Virus record (IMG/VR): IMGVR_UViG_3300011006_000550
DNA: 64,000 nt
DNA from: an uncultured virus (IMG/VR IMGVR_UViG_3300011006_000550)
Lineage: Duplodnaviria > Heunggongvirae > Uroviricota > Caudoviricetes
Direction: 5' to 3' (one strand)
Shown: piece by piece, positions 45,668-55,863 of the stretch
Layout: each line of letters starts with the position of its first letter
How positions within the stretch are numbered: position 1 is the stretch's first letter
The notes under the pieces: generated by a model
What the model was told of the DNA's origin: nothing
The model's database searches: none
The model's input: the letters and a program-made list of their open reading frames with translations, nothing else
Program-made: the position numbers and the translations under genes

Positions 45668-47068
45668 TTAAGATTTCACGTAGTACGTCACACCAGCCTG
45701 TGGAGTGGTGTCGTTTGTCAGTACGTACGAGCTACCTTCCTTCACGTACCAGCTCTGCTGAGCAGGATTCATGCCTGTTGGATCATCTACTGGAGTGTAG
45801 GTTGCCACAATCTCCTGCTGGCCGTTCTGGTCGTCGCCCTGACCTTCCTGAGAAGCGGTCTCGACCTCCATGATGTTGAGGTAGTAGAACCAGCGGGTCT
45901 GGTTGGGAACACACAGAACCTGAGCCTCAGACTTGGTCTTGATGGTCATGTACTCACCGTTGAGAATCTCACGGATCAGCGTACGGCCACCGTCGAACAG
46001 GGCAGAACGGGTGTTCGCGCTGTCGATCCAGACGTGCTTACCAGCCTGAACGTCACCGATGTCACCATCAGGAACGTAAACCAGCACACCCTCCTTGAAA
46101 GCTTGGATATTGTGATATGCAGCCTTCTTGGTCTTCGGGTGCATGAACTCTACGGAACCTACGCTGTCAATGACCTCGATACGTCCGAGTTTGTTCTGGA
46201 TATAACGCCAGATAAGATCGTCATCCTGAGTGTAAGACCACGCAAGGCGCAGGGTGTCCTTGGTGATGTCAGGACGCATGGCAACGGCAAACAGCTCACG
46301 CCAGTACTCCATGGCCAACAGATCCTTCTTGGTCTTCTTCGAGCACTCCCAGTGTCCGGCAGGCATGAAGTCGAACTCCTCGGCATCATCCTTGATCTTC
46401 ACGGCCACGTTGACAGGATTGATGCTCTTGCCAACGGCATCGTTCTGCACGATGGTGCCGTCTGCCTTCTTGGTGAACCAGATGGAGGTGTGGATATTCT
46501 TGGCGGGAACACCGAAGTCAATCTCCAGAGCAAGACCGTAGGGGTTGTTCTCGGAGTTGATGATCAGCTTACCCTGATTACCGACGATCTGGTGACGCTG
46601 GAACTGGACGGTGTTGAAGTTACCACCGATCAGAGAGTCTGAGGCAGTAAAGAACAGATCCATCACTGCGTCAACGATGTCCTGGCGCATACCACCGAGC
46701 TCGTCAATGAGCATCATCTTGTCACGGATCTTCTTGCGGTCAAGATAAACCTCGTGCTTGAAGATGGGAAGCTCACCGCTCTTGAGCATGATACCATCGG
46801 TGCTCTTTGTGGGACCATCAGAATCGTAGTCCACGTAAGCAGCCATCGTGTAAGGACGGATGGTAGCCTCGATCTGCTCGTAGGTCGGGTGCATCGTAAT
46901 GTCGGGATTGAGAGGGAAGCCCATCTGAGCGTATGTCTTCTCGGCATTCCACTTCTCAGCGAGCATGTCCTGCAGATAGAGGTCAAGACTGGCTACGCCA
47001 TTCTCAACATAACCCATTGAAGCAAGACCAGCTCCAATAAAATCGTAAAATTGTGCGTCTCGTATCAT
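45668..47068 (-). CDS. major capsid protein with C-terminal appended domain
   Basis: 466 aa, strong codon bias, follows scaffold and decoration genes; lambda gpE-like IDFGVPA motif. Confidence 0.8.
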   Translation of the reverse strand: MIRDAQFYDFIGAGLASMGYVENGVASLDLYLQDMLAEKWNAEKTYAQMGFPLNPDITMHPTYEQIEATIRPYTMAAYVDYDSDGPTKSTDGIMLKSGELPIFKHEVYLDRKKIRDKMMLIDELGGMRQDIVDAVMDLFFTASDSLIGGNFNTVQFQRHQIVGNQGKLIINSENNPYGLALEIDFGVPAKNIHTSIWFTKKADGTIVQNDAVGKSINPVNVAVKIKDDAEEFDFMPAGHWECSKKTKKDLLAMEYWRELFAVAMRPDITKDTLRLAWSYTQDDDLIWRYIQNKLGRIEVIDSVGSVEFMHPKTKKAAYHNIQAFKEGVLVYVPDGDIGDVQAGKHVWIDSANTRSALFDGGRTLIREILNGEYMTIKTKSEAQVLCVPNQTRWFYYLNIMEVETASQEGQGDDQNGQQEIVATYTPVDDPTGMNPAQQSWYVKEGSSYVLTNDTTPQAGVTYYVKS

Positions 47069-47094
47069 AATTGTAATTTTTAATAGTTCAACAA

Positions 47095-47532
47095 TTAGTC
47101 CTCAATGCCGAAAGCGGCCTTTGAGTCAGCGCGAAGACGCTCGAATCGTATCATCGGCAGCTGTGCCTCCACGCTTGCGGGAACATCAGTTGCGTCACCC
47201 CAGAGTTTACCTGCAATGACGATTCCGACAGAAGCAAAAATGCAGTTGCTCGGAACACGTACGTCATGGCGGGTCAGTCCGTTCACGGTCGCAAGTTTCT
47301 CAGCACTGTCGGTACCGTGAATAACTTCGGCGAAATCGCTTTCGTTATCAAAGTGTACCATCGTGCCAGCGGGCAGAACGTCACCCTCATGCAAACCGGC
47401 TTGCTCCAAGTTGATCTTACGACCAAAATGGATCATCTTGTCAACATCAATCCAGCACTCGTTGTTGCCGAAAGCCTCACCGCGAGAGCCGCCCATGGTG
47501 TTGTCAGTACCTCTTGTATAACCAGGTTTCAT
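47095..47532 (-). CDS. head decoration protein
   Basis: VLPAGT motif; between scaffold and capsid genes. Confidence 0.6.
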   Translation of the reverse strand: MKPGYTRGTDNTMGGSRGEAFGNNECWIDVDKMIHFGRKINLEQAGLHEGDVLPAGTMVHFDNESDFAEVIHGTDSAEKLATVNGLTRHDVRVPSNCIFASVGIVIAGKLWGDATDVPASVEAQLPMIRFERLRADSKAAFGIED

Positions 47533-47606
47533 AATCGTGTATTAAAAATGTTATCCTGAAAACTTGATTGCCGTGATACCGTCACGGCTCGTCACACTAT
47601 CGAAGA

Positions 47607-48311
47607 TTATTTCTTCTCTTCTTCGACCTTCGGGAGTTTGCCACGAGCACGGAGCTTTGCCTTATAGGCTTCACGCTTGGCAAGAGCGGCTTTGTCAGTA
47701 GTGTCACCGCCAGGCTGCTGCTTGTGCGGCTTCTCGTACTTGATGCCAGCCTTTTTCAGTTCCTCGAAATAGTCTTTCTCGGCCTGATCGGCAAGCTGGG
47801 CCACGTCGTGCGTCTCGCCCTCATTGAGAGTAGGGAGCTTCATTCGGCCAAAGACCTGATCGGCAAAGTAATTCTTCACGTCGATCTTCGACTCCTTGAA
47901 CTTCGCGTTGAACTTGCTACGTACCTCGGCAATGATTTTGTCGTCGGCCTCCTTCTGGTCTTTTTGCTTGAGACTCTTTTTCAGTTCGTCGATTTCGTCC
48001 CGCATAGCTTTGATCTTCGGGTCGTCTTCGTCTTCCTCAACCTTTGGAGGGGTCTTGGGAGGAACCTGTGGCGTAGGATGCTTTTTCTTCCAGTCTGTAA
48101 TCTGGTTGCCTGCTTCCTTAGCAACGTTGCCGTTCATTCGGAGCAGACGCTGGGCAATCCGTTTGCAACATGCTTCGTCAAAATGAGAATCGTCGGTGAT
48201 TCCTTCAAGTTCTGCATCCAACTCTGCGTTAATGGTCTCTTCGCTTAGCACTGTGATGCGTGATTCGCCATACTGTGCCTCTACTAATGGTCTGAGTGAT
48301 TCTCTGTCCAT
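47607..48311 (-). CDS. capsid scaffolding protein
   Basis: charged, helical, Pro-rich linker; first gene of the head operon. Confidence 0.6.
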   Translation of the reverse strand: MDRESLRPLVEAQYGESRITVLSEETINAELDAELEGITDDSHFDEACCKRIAQRLLRMNGNVAKEAGNQITDWKKKHPTPQVPPKTPPKVEEDEDDPKIKAMRDEIDELKKSLKQKDQKEADDKIIAEVRSKFNAKFKESKIDVKNYFADQVFGRMKLPTLNEGETHDVAQLADQAEKDYFEELKKAGIKYEKPHKQQPGGDTTDKAALAKREAYKAKLRARGKLPKVEEEKK

Positions 48312-48361
48312 GATGTTCTAATTTCTAAGTTAATATTGATGATTTCAATGTTATCCTTTAG

Positions 48362-48434
48362 TGGCGGGAAGCGGACTCGAACCGCTGACCTCAAGGCTAT
48401 GATCCTCGCAAGCTACCAACTGCTCCATCCCGCG
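48362..48434 (-). tRNA. tRNA-Met(CAT), initiator-like
   Basis: CGCGGGA/TCCCGCC acceptor with unpaired C1, anticodon loop AT-CAT-AG, T arm AGCGG-TTCGAGT-CCGCT; no encoded CCA. Confidence 0.85.
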
Positions 48435-48519
48435 ATATTGCGCCCCACACTTGGGGCTAAAATTTAATGAAAGGAGGGCCTTCACAGGCGTTATTTTTGA
48501 ATAAATATACTAATTTTCT

Positions 48520-48570
48520 GCAAAAATATGAATAAAAAATGTATAAAACAAATATTTTTGCGTATTTTTG
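48520..48570. promoter_or_regulatory. divergent promoters for the head-tail operon and the terminase operon
   Basis: TATTTTTG -7 boxes on minus (48521-48528) and plus (48563-48570) strands. Confidence 0.55.
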
Positions 48571-48579
48571 CACAAAAAT

Positions 48580-50283
48580 ATGAATATAATGGAGAAGTTT
48601 TCAGGATTAAAAATGCCCGATGGTGAGCCAATTCTGACTCAGGAATATATCAACTCCCTCCAACAGCAGGCTATAGCAAAAAAACTAAGGAATGCTTACG
48701 TGCCGCAAGCTGGAGGTCAGGAGAATATGCTCGCTATTGACGTGGATATTCTGATATGCGGAGGAAGCCGTGGAGGATCGAAGTCTTTCTCCCTTCTCAT
48801 GGAAGCCCTCAAGGACATTCTCAACCCCGATTTCCATGCTGCCGTGTTCCGAAACAACAAGAAGGCGATGGAGAAACTGATACGAGACTCCCGCAAGCTC
48901 TATTCTCAGTTCGGCACCTACAACAAGTCGCAGTCGGATATGACCTGGAACTTCACGGCTGGAGGTACGCTTGGCTTCTACTATCATGATGACTCCGACG
49001 ATGATTTCAAGGAGCGTTTTCAGGGACAGGAATATGCCTATATCGCCATCGACGAGATCACGCATATCTCTTATAAGAAGTTCAAATACCTCACCACCTG
49101 TAACCGTAATGCCTACGGCATTAGAAACAGATTCTGGGGAACGTGTAACCCTGATCCGCGTTCTTGGGTTAGACAGTTCGTTGACTGGTGGATCGACAAA
49201 GACGGATATATCGATCCCGCAAAAGACGGTAAGGTACGCTATTGCTTCATGAAGGGTGAGCGCATCAATCAGATTGTCTGGGGTGACAGCAGACATGAGG
49301 TTTACCTCAAATGTAAAGACGATATTGATGAACTCTGGAAGCCTGAGTTTGATGCCCTCGGACTCGATAAGGAGGAGACGATGGTAATGTCTGTGGCCTT
49401 TGTCCGTGCAGACCTCGCACAGAACCCAATGCTGCTTCTTTCTGACCCGTCCTATCTGTCACGACTGGCTCAGCAGGACAAAGGCCAAGTTCTACGCGAC
49501 CTCAAGGCAAACTGGAATGCCTCGGAGGCTGGCGACGATATGATCTCATACGACGAGCTGGAATCGATATTCTCAAATCCGGCTCAGTATGGTGACGGCA
49601 AGCGACGGTGTACGGCCGATATTGCACTTGAAGGTGGTGATAACCTCGTCATGTACCTGTGGATCGGATGGCATGTGGCAGACTTCTGCTGCATCAACGT
49701 AAATTCCAAGACCGCTGTGTCGGTCATCAGAAGGAAACTAAGGGAGTGGGGAGTGGCAGAAGAGGATTTCTGCTATGACTATCAGGGTATCGGACAGCTT
49801 GTGAAGGGATTCTTCCCAGAGGCCATACCGTTTAACAACCAGTCCGCTCCCATCGCAGAAGACGATGATGACTACGAGGGCGTGAAGTATCTCTATAAGG
49901 ACCTCAAATCGCAATGCGCGTACATTATTTATCGTAAACTCAAGGAAATGGGACTCTCATTCGAGGAGAATCTTCTCGATACGAAAGTCTCAGGAAACGG
50001 CTACGAGGATATTCTCTTTAGGGACGTTCTGCAGAAGGAACGTATGTCGCTCAGACGCGATCCAGATACGAAAGACAAGGGCTTCTGTCTTATGCCCAAG
50101 AAGAAGTCGAAACTGATTGTAGGACACTCACCTGACTGGTGGGAATCTCTGTATTTCCGTGCTTACTTTGACATTGCCCAGCCCGTTCAGCTCAACATTG
50201 AGAATGACTGGATGCTTGGTGCCGAAATGGATATGGATATGGTCGAAGACGATGATTTTGATTATGAAATGGATTTTAATTAG
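48580..50283 (+). CDS. terminase large subunit
   Basis: GGSRGGSKS Walker A, YIAIDE Walker B, GTCNP, DIALEGGD nuclease motif, SPDWWES. Confidence 0.92.
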   Translation: MNIMEKFSGLKMPDGEPILTQEYINSLQQQAIAKKLRNAYVPQAGGQENMLAIDVDILICGGSRGGSKSFSLLMEALKDILNPDFHAAVFRNNKKAMEKLIRDSRKLYSQFGTYNKSQSDMTWNFTAGGTLGFYYHDDSDDDFKERFQGQEYAYIAIDEITHISYKKFKYLTTCNRNAYGIRNRFWGTCNPDPRSWVRQFVDWWIDKDGYIDPAKDGKVRYCFMKGERINQIVWGDSRHEVYLKCKDDIDELWKPEFDALGLDKEETMVMSVAFVRADLAQNPMLLLSDPSYLSRLAQQDKGQVLRDLKANWNASEAGDDMISYDELESIFSNPAQYGDGKRRCTADIALEGGDNLVMYLWIGWHVADFCCINVNSKTAVSVIRRKLREWGVAEEDFCYDYQGIGQLVKGFFPEAIPFNNQSAPIAEDDDDYEGVKYLYKDLKSQCAYIIYRKLKEMGLSFEENLLDTKVSGNGYEDILFRDVLQKERMSLRRDPDTKDKGFCLMPKKKSKLIVGHSPDWWESLYFRAYFDIAQPVQLNIENDWMLGAEMDMDMVEDDDFDYEMDFN

Positions 50284-50291
50284 TATAGTGT

Positions 50292-51962
50292 ATGACAAAA
50301 AGCTTAGATTTTAAAGAAATCCTTGTGCGCAATCCTGTATACAAGGTGTTGCCAAGCGACTCAAATCTGAAATTTGAGACGTATCAAGGTGTTGACATGT
50401 CGGAGCCTGACGATCCGCTGAAGCTGCAAGTTTATACGCAGTCGCAGATGCTTCGTGAGTATTATCCTTCAGGTCACAATATCAATAATCCGATTCTGTA
50501 CCCTGACGTGTGGAAGAAGGCACCAGTGCCGGGAAAGCCTAACAAGGCACGCTATTTCCGTCAGCCTATCACGCGCGTCTCTCTTGCTTTCCAGCGTATC
50601 ATCAAGATCAAGGCCAACGTCCACATCTGCGGAAACGATGCTCAATTTGAGCTTGCATCACCCGAGAGAGACGAGAAGAAGACGCTGAAAGATACATTGT
50701 CACTGCTTGAGTTCAAAGAGGGCTGGCTCACGATGGGAATGGAAGAGCGTCTGTATGATGCTGTCGATTCCATCCATACCGTATCTGATGCGGCCATCGT
50801 AGGTTACTTCGATGATGAAGGGGAACCACAGGCGAGGGTATTCTCTTTCATCAACGGCGATAAGCTCTATCCGCATTACGATTCCATCACTGGCAAGATG
50901 AAGCTCTTCGCCCGCAAGTACCGTGATCTTGATGAAGACGGAAAGAGCACGACCGAGTGGGTAGAGGTGTGGGATAACAAGTATCTCTACCGTTACAAGC
51001 GCGACATCAACAGCAACGAACTCATTGAGAAATTCAAGGGCTTCTTCGGACTTGGTGGATTCAAGATGGTTGGTGAGCCAGTAGAACACGGATTCCCGTT
51101 TATTCCCGTAGCCTATCATGTGAACACCGAAGGTCCTGTGTGGGCTTTCTCTCAGGACACCATCGAGAAATACGAGGAGGCAATGTCTTACTTCTTCGAG
51201 AACAACAAGGCATACGCTTTCCCGATCTTCTATGCCAAGGGAAAGGGCGTGAAGATTCAGGGCAATATGAACGGTGCCGTCAAGGCCGTTGCCATCACGG
51301 ACCCGAAGGGAGAGGCTGGCTTCTTGAATCAGGCCGATGTCTCTGCATCCTACAACACCTTGCTCACGAAGCTCTACGATCTGATTTACGAGCAGTCCTT
51401 TGCCGTCAAGCCGCCCGAATTGAAGTCCGGCGATCTGCCAGGCGTAGCCGTCAAGCTGCTTTTCAGCCCTGCAATAGAACTGGCCATCGGTGGCGTTGCC
51501 CACTATCAGGACTTCCTTGAGCAGTGTGTCCGCATTGTCAAATACGGATGGGGATATAAGATCAACAAGGCCGCTACGCTTATGACATTGCCTATCAAGT
51601 CATGGTTTGAGCCGTATATCCATCAGAATGATTCAGAGCTGATGCAGAACCTCCGCATCGGTGTGCAGGATGGGTTTATCTCCAAGCAGACGGCATCTGA
51701 GCGTGCATCGAAGTACACCAAGAATGACGAGACAGACCGCATCCTCAAGGAATACAAGCAGATGCAGGAACTTGACCTTCTCTTTGAGACCAAGAAGAAG
51801 AAGGCCGAGGTCGAAGCAGAGATTGAAAAAGAGAAAGCCATTGCCAAGGTCAATCCGAAGCAGGGTAATGTCCGCACAGGAAACGGTCGCAACCGCACCA
51901 CCGACGAAAACGGTAACCACCCTGGCGAAAACAACTGGGATGATTGGGACAAAAATCACTAA
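50292..51962 (+). CDS. portal protein (SPP1-like)
   Basis: 556 aa after TerL; HGFPFIPVAY, GVAVKLLF, GFISKQTA. Confidence 0.82.
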   Translation: MTKSLDFKEILVRNPVYKVLPSDSNLKFETYQGVDMSEPDDPLKLQVYTQSQMLREYYPSGHNINNPILYPDVWKKAPVPGKPNKARYFRQPITRVSLAFQRIIKIKANVHICGNDAQFELASPERDEKKTLKDTLSLLEFKEGWLTMGMEERLYDAVDSIHTVSDAAIVGYFDDEGEPQARVFSFINGDKLYPHYDSITGKMKLFARKYRDLDEDGKSTTEWVEVWDNKYLYRYKRDINSNELIEKFKGFFGLGGFKMVGEPVEHGFPFIPVAYHVNTEGPVWAFSQDTIEKYEEAMSYFFENNKAYAFPIFYAKGKGVKIQGNMNGAVKAVAITDPKGEAGFLNQADVSASYNTLLTKLYDLIYEQSFAVKPPELKSGDLPGVAVKLLFSPAIELAIGGVAHYQDFLEQCVRIVKYGWGYKINKAATLMTLPIKSWFEPYIHQNDSELMQNLRIGVQDGFISKQTASERASKYTKNDETDRILKEYKQMQELDLLFETKKKKAEVEAEIEKEKAIAKVNPKQGNVRTGNGRNRTTDENGNHPGENNWDDWDKNH

Positions 51963-51965
51963 GCT

Positions 51966-52517
51966 ATGGATATAAACGTATCATCAAAACTTAATAAGAT
52001 AGCCCGTAACTACAAACTGACTCCTGAACAGCTTGCATTTGCCGATCTCGTTACGCAGGGATGGCCGGAGGAGGATGCTTGGGCTGTGGCTATCAGAACA
52101 GGCACAACGACATGGAACCGCACGGCATTGAAGGCCGAGGTGGCGAAGTTGCTGGCATCGGAACAGGTGCAACTACGCATTTCCGAAAACAAGGAGGTGC
52201 TGCGACAATCACAGATAGAGAAGATACAACAGGACATGAAAGACAATGCAGACGAACTTCTTGAACTGGCAACGAACAAGGAGAAGAAACTCATTGAACT
52301 GCAGTCCATCCTCAAAGACCTCAAACCCGGTTCCACCGAGTACAACAAGGTCAATGACCAGATCATCAATATCTCACGAATGAAGCAGAACGAAGTCAAG
52401 ACGGATGACAAGACCATACACTATTATCTTCCTGTGTCATATCCGAAGGGCTGTCAGGACTGCCTTTATTCACGTTGCGACCAGTGCAAATACAAGAAGG
52501 AATCGGAAAACAAATAA
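51966..52517 (+). CDS. putative terminase small subunit
   Basis: LTPEQLAFADLV...EDAWAVA...AKLL...VQLRI TerS-like N-terminal helices; CxxC...CxxC tail. Confidence 0.5.
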   Translation: MDINVSSKLNKIARNYKLTPEQLAFADLVTQGWPEEDAWAVAIRTGTTTWNRTALKAEVAKLLASEQVQLRISENKEVLRQSQIEKIQQDMKDNADELLELATNKEKKLIELQSILKDLKPGSTEYNKVNDQIINISRMKQNEVKTDDKTIHYYLPVSYPKGCQDCLYSRCDQCKYKKESENK

Positions 52518-52547
52518 CTTCAACGCTATCTTTGTCATATCAATATG

Positions 52548-52579
52548 AGGGGAACCACTCGCGAGAACAGTTCCCCTTT
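52548..52579. terminator. terminator-like hairpin between convergent blocks
   Basis: AGGGGAAC...GTTCCCCT. Confidence 0.55.
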
Positions 52580-52581
52580 GA

Positions 52582-52998
52582 TTATATACTTATTTCTTCA
52601 AACCGCCATTGACTACGGCCCTTTCTGTTATGTTTGCGGATAATGTGTTTCATCAGTTTTCGCCTTAAAGGATAGTCGTGCTGTCTCTGCGTGATAAAGC
52701 TCTTGACCTCAAGCATCACATATTCATTTGTCTCACAGTCAAAATAGATGAAGTCTGGAGTATATCGGGCCTCACGCTCTTCAATGACCTTTTTTTCTAT
52801 CCGCTTAACCTTTGTCTTGAGTTGCTTTTCTACAACAACAGTCTCAGCCAGTTCGGGGATGATTAGAAAATGATTATTGCTTCTGTGAAGACCACGTATA
52901 AGCCCAGCATCCTCTAATACGCCATACTTCTGTTCAACCACTTTCTCTATCTTAGAGTCGTAGCTTCCTTGCTTTTGGGCACCAAATTTATTTGTCAT
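52582..52998 (-). CDS. DUF1064-like PD-(D/E)XK endonuclease
   Basis: NKFGA...YDSKIE...YTPDFIY...LEVKS. Confidence 0.7.
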   Translation of the reverse strand: MTNKFGAQKQGSYDSKIEKVVEQKYGVLEDAGLIRGLHRSNNHFLIIPELAETVVVEKQLKTKVKRIEKKVIEEREARYTPDFIYFDCETNEYVMLEVKSFITQRQHDYPLRRKLMKHIIRKHNRKGRSQWRFEEISI

Positions 52999-53195
52999 AG
53001 AAGTTTCTTTCTAAGTTTGGTAATGGTTTCACAGATTTTCCCCAACTGCTCTGATACCATTGTATCATTGCACACGGGGACGAAGTTAGGCATTTCCGTT
53101 CCGTTCTCGATGGCACAGCAGATATTGTCAATGGTGTCACAAACTCTGGTATGGTCCTCGATAATCTCAATGACATTCTTCTCAATTTCCATCGC
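52995..53195 (-). CDS. hypothetical protein
   Basis: approximate start at the A(A)MEIEKNVIE region; coupled to neighbours. Confidence 0.45.
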   Translation of the reverse strand, partial: AMEIEKNVIEIIEDHTRVCDTIDNICCAIENGTEMPNFVPVCNDTMVSEQLGKICETITKLRKKLL

Positions 53196-53772
53196 TGCCT
53201 CCCTTCTCTTCCTGTTGTGAATCGGCAACCGTCTTCGACATGTCAACGATAATTGCCTTGGATTCCTCTTTGGCTTTCAATTCTTCGAGAATCTTGTCAT
53301 CCTCGGCCTTCTCCTCTGGGGTCTCTGCATTTTTTCTCAATGCAGTCTGACGTTCTATCAAGGCTTTCAGGGCGTTGCCTTTGTCGGCATAGTAGATACT
53401 GTCACCCTGTACTGTGGTGTCTGTCATCCACATACCGAACAGGTGGGCAAAGTCGGCGATGCTCTCATACTCAGGCTTGCGTTTCTCCTGAGCCGCAAGC
53501 AGGGCCAGAGGCAGAACACGGTCTATATAGAGATAGACACCAGTGTTACAGCAGAACTCAACACTCCAGATCTGACTGATGGCCTCCACTTTGATATAGG
53601 GCAGACCGCTACGTGTCAGCTGTTTCTTTACTTCGGGGTGAATGTCCTTGTCTTCACGGATAGACTTCAACTGTTTCTTCGTCAGCGTCTTCGTGTACTT
53701 GAGGACGGTGTAGTTCCCCACCTGAATCTTTTTGCCAAAAGGCAATACCAGAATTTCTTGTTTCTCTTCCAT
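53182..53772 (-). CDS. hypothetical protein
   Basis: 196-aa ORF. Confidence 0.7.
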   Translation of the reverse strand: MEEKQEILVLPFGKKIQVGNYTVLKYTKTLTKKQLKSIREDKDIHPEVKKQLTRSGLPYIKVEAISQIWSVEFCCNTGVYLYIDRVLPLALLAAQEKRKPEYESIADFAHLFGMWMTDTTVQGDSIYYADKGNALKALIERQTALRKNAETPEEKAEDDKILEELKAKEESKAIIVDMSKTVADSQQEEKGGSDGN

Positions 53773-53773
53773 G

Positions 53774-55297
53774 TTAATCGTCTTCTTTTATGAATGTTCC
53801 TTTTTCTTCCTTGTATTCAATCTCCATGTCGGCAGTACGGATGACGAAGGGCTGACTGAGCCTGTCCTCGTTACAGCCGTAGATGATATAGCGGTAGCCC
53901 TCCTTGAAGTGCTTCTTGCCGAAACCGAACCTTCCCATCGTTTGGCCGAAGAGTTGTCTTGACGGCATATCGACATCGTTATCCTTGCAGAACTGCTCGA
54001 GACTCTTATACAGATCCTGTGTGGCGATGGTAACGGATTCCTCATGCAAGGCACCTGGCTCTTTGCGCATACGGTATGAGTTGATCCATGCAAGCACGGG
54101 ATTCATCTGTAACTGCGCAAGAAGGATCTGTCTTCTGTTACCCTCAGACGAAGGGAACACAAATTTTCTACGCTTCAACTCCCTGCAGCCTCTCAGGATC
54201 CAGTTGAAGATACCCGGGTATTCTTCAACAAGCTCCCGTGACAAAGCAGGATTCTGTCTGTCCTTGGGTATCGTGATCTCAAAGGTGATGAATTGCAGCC
54301 TGCGGATGAAGCCAAGACTCTGATCGTCGGAGTAGGGCAGCTCGTTCAAGTTGAAGATAAGGAACGGGATATTATAATTCTCCTTCACGTCCTCACCCAG
54401 TTTCCTGTCCGTGACACTCTCACCGCTCACGATTCTCTTGAATACACCAGTGCGCTTTCTGCCAAACGTCCGTTGGTCCGAGTCCGAAGACCAATTAAAG
54501 ATAGCCTCACGCAGCAGCCTACGCGCACGCATACCCTCGTCACCCGTTGCCGTCAAATCATCATAGTCAAGGCCAGAGATCCTTTCCTTGCCGAAGATGC
54601 CGATGGCAGTATCATAGATCGTGCTCTTGCCGTTAGCACCGGCACCAAGAAGGATAAGGCACAGCTCTATCTTCGAGGCGTTCTTACCCTCATAGGAGTT
54701 ATAGACAGTACCACGCTCCATCAGTCCCAGACCAAGGAACATCTGCAGGATCAGGCGTGAGTTCTTATCCGGCAGAACCTCATGCAGAAAATTGTTCCAC
54801 TTGTTACACTTCGCATTCTCCTTATACTCGTAGGGATGATAATATGTAACATGGAACTCTGGGCTGAAAGGAAACAGCATGTACTTTCTCAGGTCCAGCA
54901 CACCGTTCTTGAAGGCAATGAGATCATGCCTCGGCAACAGAGGGTTATAGTAGCGGATGATGTCGATGAAGTACTTCTTGCATATTCCCTTATCACCGAT
55001 CATAGGCACCACCCTCAGATGCTCAAGCAACAGGTCATAGGCTGTGATAATCAGTTCCTCACGGATGGCAACATATATCTTATCGTCATAGAGGTAGAAG
55101 CTGCCATCATAGAACTTGATGTCACAATCCTTTGCAAGCATCCTGATCTTCTCGATGAAGTCAAGTTTCAGATTCTGGAACTGCTCGGAGGTCCTGTAAC
55201 CCCAGCGGCCCTTGAACTTCTCGAAATTGAAGTCACCATTGGAGCAGAGCCTCAGCAGCCCGCCGTAGATCTTATCAATAACTGTACTGTCTCTCAT
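53774..55297 (-). CDS. P4/D5-family primase-associated SF3 helicase
   Basis: IAFKNGVLDL (D5 N-terminal), GAGANGKST Walker A, KRIVSGE, IRRLQFITF. Confidence 0.88.
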   Translation of the reverse strand: MRDSTVIDKIYGGLLRLCSNGDFNFEKFKGRWGYRTSEQFQNLKLDFIEKIRMLAKDCDIKFYDGSFYLYDDKIYVAIREELIITAYDLLLEHLRVVPMIGDKGICKKYFIDIIRYYNPLLPRHDLIAFKNGVLDLRKYMLFPFSPEFHVTYYHPYEYKENAKCNKWNNFLHEVLPDKNSRLILQMFLGLGLMERGTVYNSYEGKNASKIELCLILLGAGANGKSTIYDTAIGIFGKERISGLDYDDLTATGDEGMRARRLLREAIFNWSSDSDQRTFGRKRTGVFKRIVSGESVTDRKLGEDVKENYNIPFLIFNLNELPYSDDQSLGFIRRLQFITFEITIPKDRQNPALSRELVEEYPGIFNWILRGCRELKRRKFVFPSSEGNRRQILLAQLQMNPVLAWINSYRMRKEPGALHEESVTIATQDLYKSLEQFCKDNDVDMPSRQLFGQTMGRFGFGKKHFKEGYRYIIYGCNEDRLSQPFVIRTADMEIEYKEEKGTFIKEDD

Positions 55298-55754
55298 TTA
55301 TTTTCTGTGTTACATTTTTCCACAACTTACCATTTTTGATTCTTCTTATGATAGTTGGATCAACTGAGTATTTTCGAGCCAATGACCTATTAGAAGATTT
55401 CTTATCATTATAGATGGAAATGACTATTTGTTCTGTCAATTTACTCCTGCCATTATTCTCCCCTATGGCAGATCTACCACGAATGACCCTGTCATGTACA
55501 TTATCGGAGTGGGTGCCAACACAAAGATGATTCGGATTGATACACTCTGGATTGTCGCAATTATGTCTTATGACATATCCTACAGGTATTTCCCCATTAA
55601 ATGCCATATAAACAAGTCTGCTTAACGCAACAACATGTCCTTCGACTTTTATTACAGGGTAACCGCGATCCTTTGCTTTGTGAGAGGTACATAACCAACA
55701 ACCTCTATCTGTTTCCTTGTAACTGATCTTTCTTCCTTTAATCGTCAAATCCAT
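55275..55754 (-). CDS. HNH homing endonuclease
   Basis: CWL...RHNCDNPECINPNHL...N; GENNGRSKLTE plus HTH tail. Confidence 0.88.
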   Translation of the reverse strand: MDLTIKGRKISYKETDRGCWLCTSHKAKDRGYPVIKVEGHVVALSRLVYMAFNGEIPVGYVIRHNCDNPECINPNHLCVGTHSDNVHDRVIRGRSAIGENNGRSKLTEQIVISIYNDKKSSNRSLARKYSVDPTIIRRIKNGKLWKNVTQKINERQYSY

Positions 55755-55771
55755 ATCTTTTGTTTTAATGT

Positions 55772-55856
55772 AGGGGAGGCAAGGATCGAACTTGCAACCT
55801 AACGTTCACGACGTTGCTCTACCAGTGTCAGACTACCGACTTATAGCTACTCCCCG
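55772..55856 (-). ncRNA. atypical tRNA-like RNA (possible His-GTG) with a hairpin inserted in the D loop
   Basis: GGGGAG/CTCCCC acceptor, T arm GCAAG-TTCGATC-CTTGC, AACG-TCGTGAA-CGTT anticodon arm, GTCGG-tagt-CTGAC in the D loop. Confidence 0.65.
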
Positions 55857-55863
55857 TACCGTT

